A stretch of DNA of 64,000 nucleotides from an uncultured Acidimicrobiaceae bacterium (GCA_963731905.1 CAVSXF010000007.1:2535830-2599829), one strand, 5' to 3'. Counted from the first letter of the stretch, positions 31,375-41,245 are shown. The notes: a model not told the origin generated them from the sequence alone. Translations and numbers: made by a program.

Positions 31375-32106
31375 CTACATGGTGTAACGGCGCGCCTCGG
31401 CGTCGCCGCGATGGAACGCGGGCAGGTCGGGTAACTCGCGTACCGGTTCTGCCGGATTGCCGCGGTAGAACGTTTGCTCCTTCGTCAATTTTGTCGCAAC
31501 GACCGAGCCCGCCGAGATGATGCAGCGCGCCGGCACCCTGGTCCCACTGAGGAGGATGCAGCCGGACATGACGCCGCTGTGCGGTCCGATCTTGACAGGG
31601 CCGGTGACCTGCTCATCCCGGACGAGATCGAGGCTGTGAGTGAGGATCTGGCACCGGTAGCCGACCAAACCGGCGTGGTCGCCGATTTCGACGCTGTCGG
31701 AGCAGTCGATTTCATGGCCGACGGTGATCTTGGACCACTCCCCCATGACGAGACGGGCACGCCGGTTCTTCGTCCGGAACGCCTGATCGGCCATCGGATG
31801 GGCCGAGATGAAGTTCCTGGTGGCGATGCTTGCACCCTTTGCCAGCCGCAACTCTTCGAGGTTCCGGATCACATTGAGCGATCCGATGTTGGTTTCGGGG
31901 CCCATCGAGACGTGCTGCACGAGGATGAGGCTGCGACCGATGTACGCGGTCGGATCGAGGTCCCACCCGAAGACCCGCCGTCCCACTTCCGCGCGGAGTG
32001 ATGCGGGAAGGACGAGCATGAGAAACGCCCACAGTCGGCGCACGGCGGCAGCCCTAGCGCTTCCCGCGCCAAGAGGCGCCGAAGCCGTCGGCATCGTCAT
32101 CCTCAT
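31375..32106 (-). CDS. Hexapeptide-repeat (left-handed beta-helix) acyl/acetyltransferase
   Basis: N-terminal membrane-like helix, WDLDPTAYIG, then imperfect hexapeptide repeats (IGDHAGLVGYRCQILTHS; IGPHSGVMSGCILLSGTRVPARCIISAGSVV). It resembles WcaF-like polysaccharide O-acetyltransferases. Confidence 0.7.
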   Translation of the reverse strand: MRMTMPTASAPLGAGSARAAAVRRLWAFLMLVLPASLRAEVGRRVFGWDLDPTAYIGRSLILVQHVSMGPETNIGSLNVIRNLEELRLAKGASIATRNFISAHPMADQAFRTKNRRARLVMGEWSKITVGHEIDCSDSVEIGDHAGLVGYRCQILTHSLDLVRDEQVTGPVKIGPHSGVMSGCILLSGTRVPARCIISAGSVVATKLTKEQTFYRGNPAEPVRELPDLPAFHRGDAEARRYTM

Positions 32107-32254
32107 CGACGGTCACGTCCGTCAGCACGCCCGTGCGGGTGCGCTCGTGCCGGTCGAGGTACAGGCGCGTGAACTCACTCGAATGCTCGACGGGCACAAG
32201 GACCGAGTGTAGCGAGCAGCCGGCCGAGGGCGGAAGGGTCGAGCCTGCGGGCGG

Positions 32255-32908
32255 TCAGGCGGTCCGGTCGCCGCGGCGCAACCACGCCATCCGGTCGGAG
32301 ATCGGACGGACCATGACCGCCGGGTTGCCCCGGTACAGCGCCTGATCCTGCGTCAGCCTCGTGGTGACGACCGAGCCCGCCGAGATGATGCTCCGCGGCG
32401 GGATCCGCGTCCCAGCCAACAACATGCACCCGGACATGACGCCCGAGTACTCCCCGATGACCACCGACCCGGTCACGTACCGGTCGCGCATGAGGTCGAT
32501 GGAATGCGTGAGCACCGTCGACCTGAAACCGGCGAGGGCCGCATGCGAGCCGATCTCGAGGGTGTCGACGCAATCGATGTAGTGGTACGACGCGATCTGC
32601 GAATATTCCGCCAGGAAGATGGCCGGGTTGCGTTTGTTCAACGCATCGGTCGGATGGTCCCACCAACCCTTGATCAGGTTGCCGGACCCGATGGCAGAGC
32701 CCTCAGCCATCCGAAGCTCGTTCAGGTTGGTGATCACGTTGCGAGCTCCGATGCGGGTACCCGGCCCCATCGACACCTCACGGATGACGAGCACACTCGG
32801 CCCGATGTAGGCCGTCGGATCAATGTCCCACTTGTAGATCCACTTCGCCACGATCCGCTTCAGCGACATGGGAAGGAACTTGAAGACATACGCAAGGGCG
32901 AGGCGCAT
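32255..32908 (-). CDS. Hexapeptide-repeat acyl/acetyltransferase (tandem paralogue of 31375-32106)
   Basis: Same architecture as its neighbour and alignable with it throughout (WDIDPTAYIG; IGSHAALAGFRSTVLTHS; IGEYSGVMSGCMLLAGTRIPPRSIISAGSVV). Confidence 0.7.
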   Translation of the reverse strand: MRLALAYVFKFLPMSLKRIVAKWIYKWDIDPTAYIGPSVLVIREVSMGPGTRIGARNVITNLNELRMAEGSAIGSGNLIKGWWDHPTDALNKRNPAIFLAEYSQIASYHYIDCVDTLEIGSHAALAGFRSTVLTHSIDLMRDRYVTGSVVIGEYSGVMSGCMLLAGTRIPPRSIISAGSVVTTRLTQDQALYRGNPAVMVRPISDRMAWLRRGDRTA

Positions 32909-33367
32909 CTCAGCCGTTGTCCGCCCTCGCGCCTGCGGCGCTCACCCTGCGGGCAGCTCCTCCCGGCGGTGCAGCCCGAACTTTCACGCGACGCTCGCTC
33001 TCCCTGTCCACGGGCTGGAACTGTAGTGCTCGGCCCATGGAATCCTGAGAGCCCGGAGCCGCCCGCCGGGCGTGACCGTCACCGCTCACCCACGGGCTCC
33101 AAGACGGCAATTTCTCAGCTACGGCCGCAAGCCCAACGCCCCTTCTGCGTTGGTCCATCGTGGACAACCGCCCCGGTGTGTCTGTTCGGGCCCTTCCTGG
33201 CCAGGGGATAAATTGCCTCCCTACACGCGGGGTCGGCCGGAGGATTGGGAACGAGAACTTCGACAGCACGCAGCCAGCCGCGTCGTAGCAACCGTCTGCG
33301 GCGGGTAGATGCGCGGTACCCCTTGGTCGTCAATGGGCCTGGCTCCCGGTCGACCGATAACGGAACA

Positions 33368-33637
33368 ATGCGAAAGGACCTGAGAGTGGCCACAGACCAG
33401 GACAAGGCGCGAGCAGTTATTGCTGACTTCCTCACGTCCGCGGACAAGGGCGCCGCCGGGTGGAACGACGACACCGGCCTGTGGGGCGAGGGGCTGGAGC
33501 TGGACTCGCTCGAGGCGGCCGAGCTCTCGGCGCTGCTGGAGGACGCGTTCGGTTCGGATCCCTTCTCCGAGGGTGGGGACCTGCCAGAAACCGTCGGCGA
33601 CGTCGTGTCGTTCTATGTCACCGTTTCAACCGAGTGA
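33368..33637 (+). CDS. Acyl carrier protein (phosphopantetheine attachment site DSL)
   Basis: ATG at 33368 (alternative GTG at 33386). Contains the LELDSLEAAELSALLEDAFG helix II motif. The stop TGA overlaps the next gene's GTG (GTGA at 33634-33637). Confidence 0.8.
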   Translation: MRKDLRVATDQDKARAVIADFLTSADKGAAGWNDDTGLWGEGLELDSLEAAELSALLEDAFGSDPFSEGGDLPETVGDVVSFYVTVSTE

Positions 33638-35041
33638 TCCTGCTCCTCGAGGCCGCGGCCAGGGCTGAACCTGAGCGGAACGGCGGTCCTCACTTCGGGA
33701 GGCTCGGCGACGTACGGCCGAACTTCTCGAGGACGCCCGTCGTGTCGCCACGGCACTGCGCCGTCAGGGCATCACGCGTTTCGCCGTTGTGGAACCCGAC
33801 GCCGCGTGGGTGCTCCGGATTCTGGCCGGCGCCGCGCTCGCCGGCGCCGAGCCCTGCCAGTACCAACCCGACACCGACGCGGCGGAGTTCGCCGACCACG
33901 CGTCAATGCTCGACCACAAGTTCGTCGTGTCCCATCGAGACGACCTCGACGGCCCCTTCGAGGTGCTCCGCCCCGAGACGCTCGTGGCCGAGGACGCCGA
34001 CAACACCTTGCGGGCGGGCGAGGACACCGAACAGCCGCTCATGATCCGCACGACCGGCACCACCGGCCTGCCGAAGGCGGCGCGCCACGACTGGAGGATC
34101 CTCGGCAAGACGGTCGCGAGCGTGCGGCCGATGCCCGAGCAACGCTGGCTCCTCGCGTACGGCCCGCAGCAATTCGCCGGCGTCCAGGTGCTGCTGCACG
34201 TGGCCGCGAGCCAGGCGACGCTCGTCGCACCGTTCCCGCGCCAGCCCAAGGACGGCCTGGACGCGCTGCTGCACCGAGGGCGTCACCTGCGTCAGCGCGA
34301 CACCGACGTTCTGGCGCTTCCTCCTCGCCGAGGCCCGCAGCCGCAAGGTCACCCTGCCGCCGCTCGAGCAGATCACCTTGGGAGGCGAGGCCAGTCCCGG
34401 CGACCTGTTGGAGGAGATCCGGGCCACGTTCCCCGGCGCCAAGGTCTCGCAGGTGTACGCGTCGACCGAGTTCGGGTCCATCACGTCGGTCCGCGACGGC
34501 AAGCCCGGCCTCGCGGTCGATTCGCTCTGGAGCGAGGCGAACCCGACGTCCAACGTCCGCGTCACCGACGGCGAACTGTGGGTGCGGGCGGGCGCCGGCA
34601 TGCTCGGGTACGCCGGCGAGTCCTCTGCGGTTCCTTCTGCCGACGACGCCAACGCCGACGCCGAGCCGCGGCGAGTGGCGCCGCACCGGCGACCTCGTCG
34701 AGATCGTCGGCGACCGCGTCATGTTCCGGGGCCGCAAGTCCGAGGTGATCAACGTGGGCGGGGTCAAGGTGCACCCCTTGCCGGTCGAGGACCGGATCAC
34801 CGGCCTCGACTCGGTCGCGCTGGCCCGCGTCTTCGGGCGCCCCAGCAAGCTGACCGGTGCCATCGTCGCCGCCGAGATCGTGCCGGTGGGCGGCGCCGAG
34901 AGCGCCGACGTCGAGGCGATCAGGGCGCAGATCAAGGAGGCGGTGGCGGACCTGCCACGAGCCTGGCAGCCGCGTAGCGTGAGCTTCGTGGACGCCATCG
35001 AGACCAAGGGCGGCAAGACGATCCGGGGGATGGAGGACTGA
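33634..35041 (+). pseudogene. AMP-dependent synthetase/ligase (acyl-ACP/CoA ligase, short form); 3-4 frame changes
   Basis: Core motifs are spread over three frames: IRTTGTTGLPKAA, QVYASTEFG, GEWRRTGDLVEIVGDRVMFRGRKSEVINVGGVKVHP, and the terminal KGGKTIR. The stop at 35039-35041 overlaps the ATG of the SDR gene. Confidence 0.75.
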
Positions 35042-35789
35042 TGGCGGAGGCTGAAGCGCAGCCGCTGGTCGCACTCATCACGGGTGGCAGCAAGGGGCTG
35101 GGCGCCGGGCTCGTCGAGGCCTACCTGGACGCGGGCTACTGCGTCGAGACCTGCTCGCGCTCGTCGACCGACAAGGTCAAGGCCTGGGAGAACGACCCGG
35201 AGCTGAAGGAGCGCTTCCATTTCGCCGCGGCCGACGTCTCCAAGAGAGACGACGCCGAGCGGTTCGTGAAGGATGCGGCCAAACGGTGGGGCCGCATCGA
35301 CGTACTGGTGAACAACGCCGGCGTCGCCCGCGACGGTGTCATCGCGCTGTTCAGCGACGACGACGTCGACACGGTGGTCGACCTCAACCTGAAGGGCACC
35401 GTGTACGTCACCCGCGCCGCCAGCCGCGTGATGCTGCGCCAGCACTCTGGTTCCATCGTCAACATCTCCTCGATCGTCGGCCTCTCGGGGTATCGCGGCC
35501 TCACGGTCTACGGCGCCACCAAAGCGGCACTGGACGGGTTCACCCGTGCGTTGGCCCGTGAGCTCGGGTCACGCGGTATCACGGTGAACAGCGTCGCCCC
35601 CGGCTACCTCCGCACCGAGATGAGCCACGGCCTCGACGAGGATCAGCTCGTGCAGATCGCAGGCGGACACCGATGGGGCGCCTGGGCGACCCTGCGGACG
35701 TCGCCCGCGCCGTCCTCTTCTTGACGGATCCGGCCAACAACTACCTGACCGGCCAGGTCATCGTCGTCGACGGCGGGCTGACCTGCTGA
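35041..35789 (+). pseudogene. Short-chain dehydrogenase/reductase (3-oxoacyl-ACP reductase FabG-like); 1 frame change near 35665
   Basis: Contains TGGSKGLG, NNAG and YGATKAAL (YxxxK). The conserved tail [38 protein letters not shown]-stop (35787-35789) is in a different frame. Confidence 0.8.
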
Positions 35790-35793
35790 CGAA

Positions 35794-36633
35794 CTAAGTC
35801 AGAGGCTGTGAGGTCGCGGCGATGATCTGATCAAGGATCGACTGGTCCGGCAGGGGTGGGCACTCGACTGAAGGCAGGCGACGCACGTGGTCGAACGCCT
35901 GTTTGATGTACGGGCCTTCGATAGCCGGAGTATGGCACCCTGCAACGGTCTTGATGTCGAGTCTCTCGATGCCGTCCACGTAGCGCCCGAACTTTTCAAC
36001 GTCCACAAGCGACAGCCACGGGCACAACGCGCCGAACGCGAAGAGCGTCATGCCGAAGTCCCAGAACTCAGCATCAAGGTCGGCGACCGGCGTCTCGGGT
36101 GCCGGGAGCGGTGTGGCGAAGCTGTCGACTGCCCAATAGACGCCGGTGGCCGAGTCAAAGAGACCCCGCGTGGTCGGAGAGTCGTAGAGCGGCGGCCGTA
36201 TGGCATGCAAGGTCCGATCGCCAACGTCGAAGGACTCTTCGTGCATGACCCAGCGGCATCGCTCGAGAGGAAAGTCGAAGCAGTTCGTGTGACGTTCGAC
36301 CATGGCCCAGTTGCAGACCAACGTTGCGTTTGAGCATGCCGTCATGACCTCGTCGAGATTGCCGACGTGGTCGACGTCGTCGTGCGACACGAACACCCAG
36401 CGCACGTCCTTTGGCTCCACAAGCGAAAACGCGTCATTCAACCACTTTTCCCGGTTCGCTGGGGTCCCCGTGTCGACAATTACCGGCTCCTTACCGAGGA
36501 TGACCATGGAGTTGAGGTACACGAACAATGGTTGTCCGAGGGCGGGTTGCACCTGATGGATCACGAACGTGTCCGGAGCTATTCGGGTCGGTGGGACATC
36601 AAGGTTCGGCACGACCGGAGCAAACGTGGTCAT
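35794..36633 (-). CDS. MBL-fold protein of the diiron (flavodiiron/ODP-like) type, no flavodoxin domain
   Basis: ATG at 36633 preceded by GGGAGGAG. Metal motif SHDDVDH (HxDxDH, compare HxExDH in diiron MBL domains). The later segment RPPLYDSPTTRGLFDSATGVYWAVDSF resembles the LHWPDS...LFSxDxFG region. Confidence 0.6.
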   Translation of the reverse strand: MTTFAPVVPNLDVPPTRIAPDTFVIHQVQPALGQPLFVYLNSMVILGKEPVIVDTGTPANREKWLNDAFSLVEPKDVRWVFVSHDDVDHVGNLDEVMTACSNATLVCNWAMVERHTNCFDFPLERCRWVMHEESFDVGDRTLHAIRPPLYDSPTTRGLFDSATGVYWAVDSFATPLPAPETPVADLDAEFWDFGMTLFAFGALCPWLSLVDVEKFGRYVDGIERLDIKTVAGCHTPAIEGPYIKQAFDHVRRLPSVECPPLPDQSILDQIIAATSQPLT

Positions 36634-36832
36634 CGGGACTCCTCCCATCGCCAAGGGACCCATCAATGATCCACCCGTTTGCCGAACTGGGTCAAGGGTG
36701 GTGAAGGCAACCGCCCGTACCAGTTGAGCAGTCAGCTTTCCCACCTCTACTCGAAGTCAGATGAAGCGAATCGGACCAGGAACCTCGTTGTGTGACATGT
36801 TCCAGGCCGATTGTGGCCCAGCTGCTTCCTGC

Positions 36833-37514
36833 TCAGTCACCGGTAGACGCGAGGGGGTTGGGCGTCGGTTCGCCGATCCGCTTGAGTGTGTTGCGGTCGA
36901 CGTGGTCGACCAGTCCTTCACGGTCGGGCATCTGTAGCTTGGTGTGCTCCTCGTACGACCACGTGCCGTCCTTGTTCACCGTGACGCGGATGCGGAAGCT
37001 GACCGTCCGGAAGGCTGAGTCGAGGAACGGGTTCGACAAGATGCCGTAGACCTCGGAGCCGCAGGGACGCCTCAACCTCGAACCGGGTGGCATCCGCGTC
37101 GGCGGTGCCGGCAGCCAACAGCACCTGCCCACGAGGTATCGCCAGCGTGTGGAGGACCCTGCGAGCAGCCGGCTCCCACAACCAGTACCCCACTTGGTCG
37201 TGGAACGTCTCGATCTCGCCCGGCTTGACGATGTGGGTGTGATAGCGCAAGCCGTAGAACAATTGGGGCCCGTTGGTCTGCGGGTCGATGGGCTGTAGTT
37301 CGTAGCGCTCCACATACTGGTTGTGCTCGTTGCCGTCCTCGACGGGCCCCGTGATGTCCGAGCCCGCTCCCACGGGGTGGACGTCAGCGCCCTCGACACT
37401 GCTCCACACCCCGGCGAGAGGAGCAAGGGGGCCGAGGTTGGCGAGCGTGTCGTCGTCCCCGTCCGCCTCGGTGTAGATGTCGTCTCCGTAGTCATGGTCG
37501 CCCTGGCCGGTCAC
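36833..37514 (-). pseudogene. Nitrobindin / THAP4-like heme-binding beta-barrel (DUF1794) protein; 1 frame change near 37060
   Basis: The LGPLAPLAGVWSS start of the barrel plus FYGLRYHTHIVKPGEIETFHDQVGYWLWEP lie in ORF 36918-38279. The C-terminus (FRIRVTVNKDGTWSYEEHTKLQ) lies in ORF 36833-37495. Confidence 0.55.
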
Positions 37515-37565
37515 GGACGAGAGGCTACCGACGAGAACCCGGCGCCGCTGTCTCGCCGGAGTGCG

Positions 37566-38234
37566 ATGATCCCCTTCGTGTTCGTGCAGATCTACGGGAT
37601 CACGACGGCCGAGGATGCGGTCGCGGTGGACCGCTTGGGACCCGACTCGGTCGGGGTCGTTCTCGACGAGGGCGTGCCCACCTGGGATGCCGTCGACGCC
37701 GACACAGCCCGCGCCATCGTCAAGGCGCTCCCGCACGTGCGCGTGGCGGCGCTGTCCCTTTCCACCGATCCCGATCGGATCCTCGCCACCGTCAAGACGA
37801 TCGGGCCCGACATCGTGCATCTGGCCCGGGCCGACGCGATCGACGACGGCACCCTGCAACGGATCCGGGCCAAGGTCGAGCCCGCCCAGCTCTTGCTCAC
37901 GGTGCCCGTCGACGGGCCCGGCGCGATGGACGTTGCCCGGAGGCTGTCGGAAGTCGGTGACTCTCTGCTGCTCGATACGAAGCACCCGGACACCGGTGTC
38001 GTCGGCGCGTCCGGGCACACCCACGACTGGAGCATCAGCGCCGACATCGTGAACACGCTGGACATCACGGTGGTCCTGGCGGGTGGCCTCGGACCGGACA
38101 ACGTGCGCGACGCCATCACCGCCGTGCGGCCCTTCGGCGTGGACTCGGAGACGCGGACCAGCCTCGACTCGGATCGCCGGCGCAAGGACATCGCCAAGGT
38201 CGAGGCGTTCATCTCCCTGGCCCGGTCTCACTGA
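37566..38234 (+). CDS. trpF: Phosphoribosylanthranilate isomerase (TrpF) family protein, stand-alone
   Basis: ATG at 37566. Contains VQIYGITTAEDA (compare VKICGIT), LLLDT, GHTHDW and VVLAGGLGPDNVRDAI...PFGVDSETR, the usual TrpF barrel landmarks. No other trp genes are nearby. Confidence 0.6.
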   Translation: MIPFVFVQIYGITTAEDAVAVDRLGPDSVGVVLDEGVPTWDAVDADTARAIVKALPHVRVAALSLSTDPDRILATVKTIGPDIVHLARADAIDDGTLQRIRAKVEPAQLLLTVPVDGPGAMDVARRLSEVGDSLLLDTKHPDTGVVGASGHTHDWSISADIVNTLDITVVLAGGLGPDNVRDAITAVRPFGVDSETRTSLDSDRRRKDIAKVEAFISLARSH

Positions 38235-38254
38235 GCGATCGGGGCGTCGGCCGG

Positions 38255-38653
38255 TCAGTCCAGCCGCTCCAGGAGCCACTTCGGCCCCACCACCTCCGCC
38301 CCCAGCGCCTCGGCCCGCCGCCGCAGCTCGCGATCCGCCGTGACGAGCACGACCCCCTGGCCGGCCTCCTCCCCTGTCCCTTCGGGGGCGGCGGCGGACG
38401 CATCTCGGACGACGTCGACGAGCGCATCGTCACCGCTCCCCGCCGCGTGCGCCACCGTCACGCCCTCCGCCGACCCGCTCGATGCTCCCTCACGCGCCTT
38501 GCCCTCCAACACGACAACGACCGGCGAACGCAGCCGCCCCGCCCCCACCGCCGCCCGCACCCCGTCGACGAAGGTCCGAGCGGCTCCGGCCCGGTCCTTC
38601 CACCAGCCCGTCGGACGGGATCCGATCACATTGGCTGCGTCGACGACGAGCAC
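38255..38653 (-). CDS. NYN/YacP-like domain protein (predicted RNase fold)
   Basis: An in-frame GTG at 38653 gives VLVVDAANVIGSRPTGWWKDRAGA..., typical of actinobacterial NYN-domain proteins. In this sequence there is no stop between it and the upstream permease. Confidence 0.55.
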   Translation of the reverse strand: MLVVDAANVIGSRPTGWWKDRAGAARTFVDGVRAAVGAGRLRSPVVVVLEGKAREGASSGSAEGVTVAHAAGSGDDALVDVVRDASAAAPEGTGEEAGQGVVLVTADRELRRRAEALGAEVVGPKWLLERLD

Positions 38654-38682
38654 TGCCCCCCAAACCCCGATCCCCGACCGAG

Positions 38683-39484
38683 TCAGCCCGCGCTTCGGCG
38701 ACCAGTCCCAACGCCGCATCGCCACATAGAACCCGGCCGCACCCCAGATGAGCATGACCAAGATGTCGTTCCACACCGACGTCCCCGGGATCCCGTTGAA
38801 CGTGTCGACCGTCGCCAGGATCAGATGTCGGACCGGGAAGATGCCAGTCACCGTCGCCACGGCCGACCCCGGCTTCACCGGGAAGTAGAGGCCCGAGAAC
38901 GCGATCACGATGAAGAAGACCAGGCTCACGATCGGGCCGGCCGAGTCGGCGTTGGGAACCAACATGGAGACGCCGGTCCCCAGAGCCGTGAAGCTCAGCA
39001 TGCCGACGATCACGACGAGGATGAAGAGCCCAACTTCGTGCGGCCCGTGCACCCCGTAGAACAGCCCGACGATCAACACCAGCACGATCTGAATGGCCGC
39101 GATGATCATCCAGTTCAGGAACATGGCGGTCAGCAGCATCCACGTCGGCAGCGGGCTCAGCCGGAGCCGCTTGAGCAATCCCATCTCGCGCCGGTTCACC
39201 AGCGAGATCGCCATGACGTTGAAGCAGGCCGCCATGATCCCGTACGCCATGAAGGCGGGCAGGTAGTACTGCCCGAGATTGATGTGCTGCAAGAACCCGA
39301 CCGTCGAGTGCTTCTCGATCGACTCGAAGAAGATGACGAAGATCAGCGAGAACACGATCGTGATGCCGGCGCCGATCGGGTTCAGCCAGAACGACAGCTG
39401 CTCGAAGTACACCTGGCGGCCGATGAGCGGCAGGTCGCTCATGCCGCGGAACGAGCCGCGCACCGGCACCTCGGCCGTGCTCAC
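38683..39484 (-). CDS. ABC-2 type exporter permease
   Basis: GTG at 39484 overlaps the ATPase stop (GTGA). Six TM helices. A stop (TGA, 38683-38685) is reached only if one G of the GGG run just upstream is removed; otherwise the ORF reads on into the NYN gene. Confidence 0.7.
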
Positions 39485-40418
39485 GACGCCGCCACCTCGT
39501 CGGCCCGCACTCCCGCTGACCGACCTCGTCGAGCCCGAGATACACGTCCTCGAGCGACACCCGCAGCACCGACAGCCCCGCCAGCGCGATGCCCACCGGC
39601 CAGCGCCCACCCCGTCAACTCGTGGAGCACCCGCACCTCGTCCTCGGTGTGGATCTCGACGTGCCCGTCCTCCGCCGGTGTGGCCTCCATCGGCAGCTCC
39701 GCGACACCGACGCCCTCGGGCAGCCTGAACCGTATGGTGACGGCCCCGACGTCCCGCCCCCCTATGGAATCCGGGGGTGCCACTGGCCACGATCTCCTGA
39801 CCGAACAGCACAGCCACCCGGTCGCGCCAGCGCTTCCACTTCGTCCATGTAGTGCGTCGTCAACAGGACAGTCGTGCCCTCGTCGGACAGCCGCTTGATC
39901 AGCTCCCACGTGTCGCGCCGCCCCGACGGATCGAGTCCGGTCGTCGGCTCGTCGAGGAACAGGAGCTCAGGGTTGCCGATGATCCCCAGCCCGACGTCGA
40001 GGCGGCGCTGCTGGCCGCCCGAGAGCCGCTTGATCCGGTCGTCTGCCTTCTCACCCAACCCGATCAGTTCGATCACCTCGTCGACCGGCCGCGGGTTCGG
40101 GTAGTAGCCCGCATTCCGGGTCAACACCTGGCGCACCGAGTAGTAGGGCTCGATCGCCAGTTCTTGGAGTACCACGCCGATGCGGGATCGCAGCCAGCGC
40201 TGCGTGCTGACCTCGGCGGGGTCCACACCGAGCGTCTCGACATTCCCGCTGCTCCGTGCCCGGAACCCCTCCAGGATCTCCACACAGGTCGTCTTGCCCG
40301 CACCGTTCGGCCCGAGTAGGGCGAACACCTCGCCCTTCTGCACTTCGAAGCTGACGTCGCGCACGGCCACGGCCGTGCCGTAGGACTTCGCCAGGTGGTC
40401 AACGCTCACAGCGGGCAT
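39481..40418 (-). pseudogene. ABC-2 type exporter ATP-binding protein (DrrA-like); at least 3 frame changes
   Basis: Walker A GPNGAGKTT, signature LSGGQQRRL and Walker B LFLDEPTTGLD lie in ORF 39762-40418. The C-terminal regulatory part (AVLFGQEIVASGTP, VRVLHELTGWAL, LSVLRVSLEDVYL) is recovered in other frames. Confidence 0.75.
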
Positions 40419-40527
40419 CCGGCCCGAACGCTAGCGGCCGTACACAGGCAGTCGGTGACTCGGCCGCCGTCCTTCCGCTCCTGCAACGAGACCTGCACGT
40501 TTCGGTGGCACGCTCCAAACATCCGTG

Positions 40528-40543
40528 CGGCCATATATGGCCG
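40528..40543. promoter_or_regulatory. 16-bp perfect palindrome CGGCCATATATGGCCG (candidate operator)
   Basis: Read directly from the sequence. It lies about 110 nt upstream of the ABC exporter start in a 335-bp non-coding gap. The AT core is conspicuous in GC-rich DNA. Confidence 0.3.
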
Positions 40544-40754
40544 AAGTCGGCGCGCTCCCCTCCACTTGTATACGCGTCGTCGTTCTAGATCCTGGCCGTT
40601 CCATGACGAGAACCGACGATCTATGTCGAAGCGGTTCTAAATCCCGCCGAGACGAGAACCCGAGCCACGCGTACACCCCCGACGAGAGCACCCGGTCCTC
40701 TTCGTACACACTTCAGCGCAACGGCGGATCCGCCCCGACGCAAGAAGTCGCCGC

Positions 40755-41216
40755 CTATGAAGCGGCCGCGACCTCTTCCTTGGCCGCCCGCTCCGCCTCC
40801 CGTGCCGCCAGCACCTTCTCGAGCAGGTCGCGCAACTGCCGCAACTCAGTCGACGTCAACGACGCCAGCGCCGCGGGCGGCACCGACAAGACCGAGTCGA
40901 TCTCCGCAGCGAGCTTCCTGCCCGCAGCAGTCAACACGATGATCTTCACGCGCCGGTCGTACGGGGCGGGCTCCCGACGGGCCAAGCCACGCGAGTCCAA
41001 GTCGTCCACCAGCGCCGTGATGTAGGAGGGGTCACACCCGATGCTCCGGGCCATCTCACCCATCGACACACCGTCCGACTGGTACAGGCGCATCAACGTC
41101 TTGATCACGCCGGGCGACAGTTTCGTGCGGGTCCCCAACGCGGCCATGCGCTCGACGTGCTCGCCCTCGAACGCCACGCGGCGCAAGCGCTCGAATGCGT
41201 CCTCGGCCAGGCCCAT
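40755..41216 (-). CDS. MarR-family transcriptional regulator
   Basis: ATG at 41216 gives 153 aa. The winged-HTH region is LYQSDGVSMGEMARSIGCDPSYITALVDDLDSRGLARREPAPYDRRVKIIVLT. It is divergent from the MFS gene. Confidence 0.8.
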   Translation of the reverse strand: MGLAEDAFERLRRVAFEGEHVERMAALGTRTKLSPGVIKTLMRLYQSDGVSMGEMARSIGCDPSYITALVDDLDSRGLARREPAPYDRRVKIIVLTAAGRKLAAEIDSVLSVPPAALASLTSTELRQLRDLLEKVLAAREAERAAKEEVAAAS

Positions 41217-41245
41217 GCCCCCGATTGTCGCACCGTCGAAACTCT

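Noticed and set aside
32909-33367. A 119-aa minus-strand ORF (32910-33269) and the plus-strand extension of the ACP ORF, both in the 460-bp divergent intergenic region.
   Set aside because: Their composition is Arg/Pro/Gly-rich and there are no motifs. The region is better explained as the shared promoter region of the acyltransferase and ACP operons.
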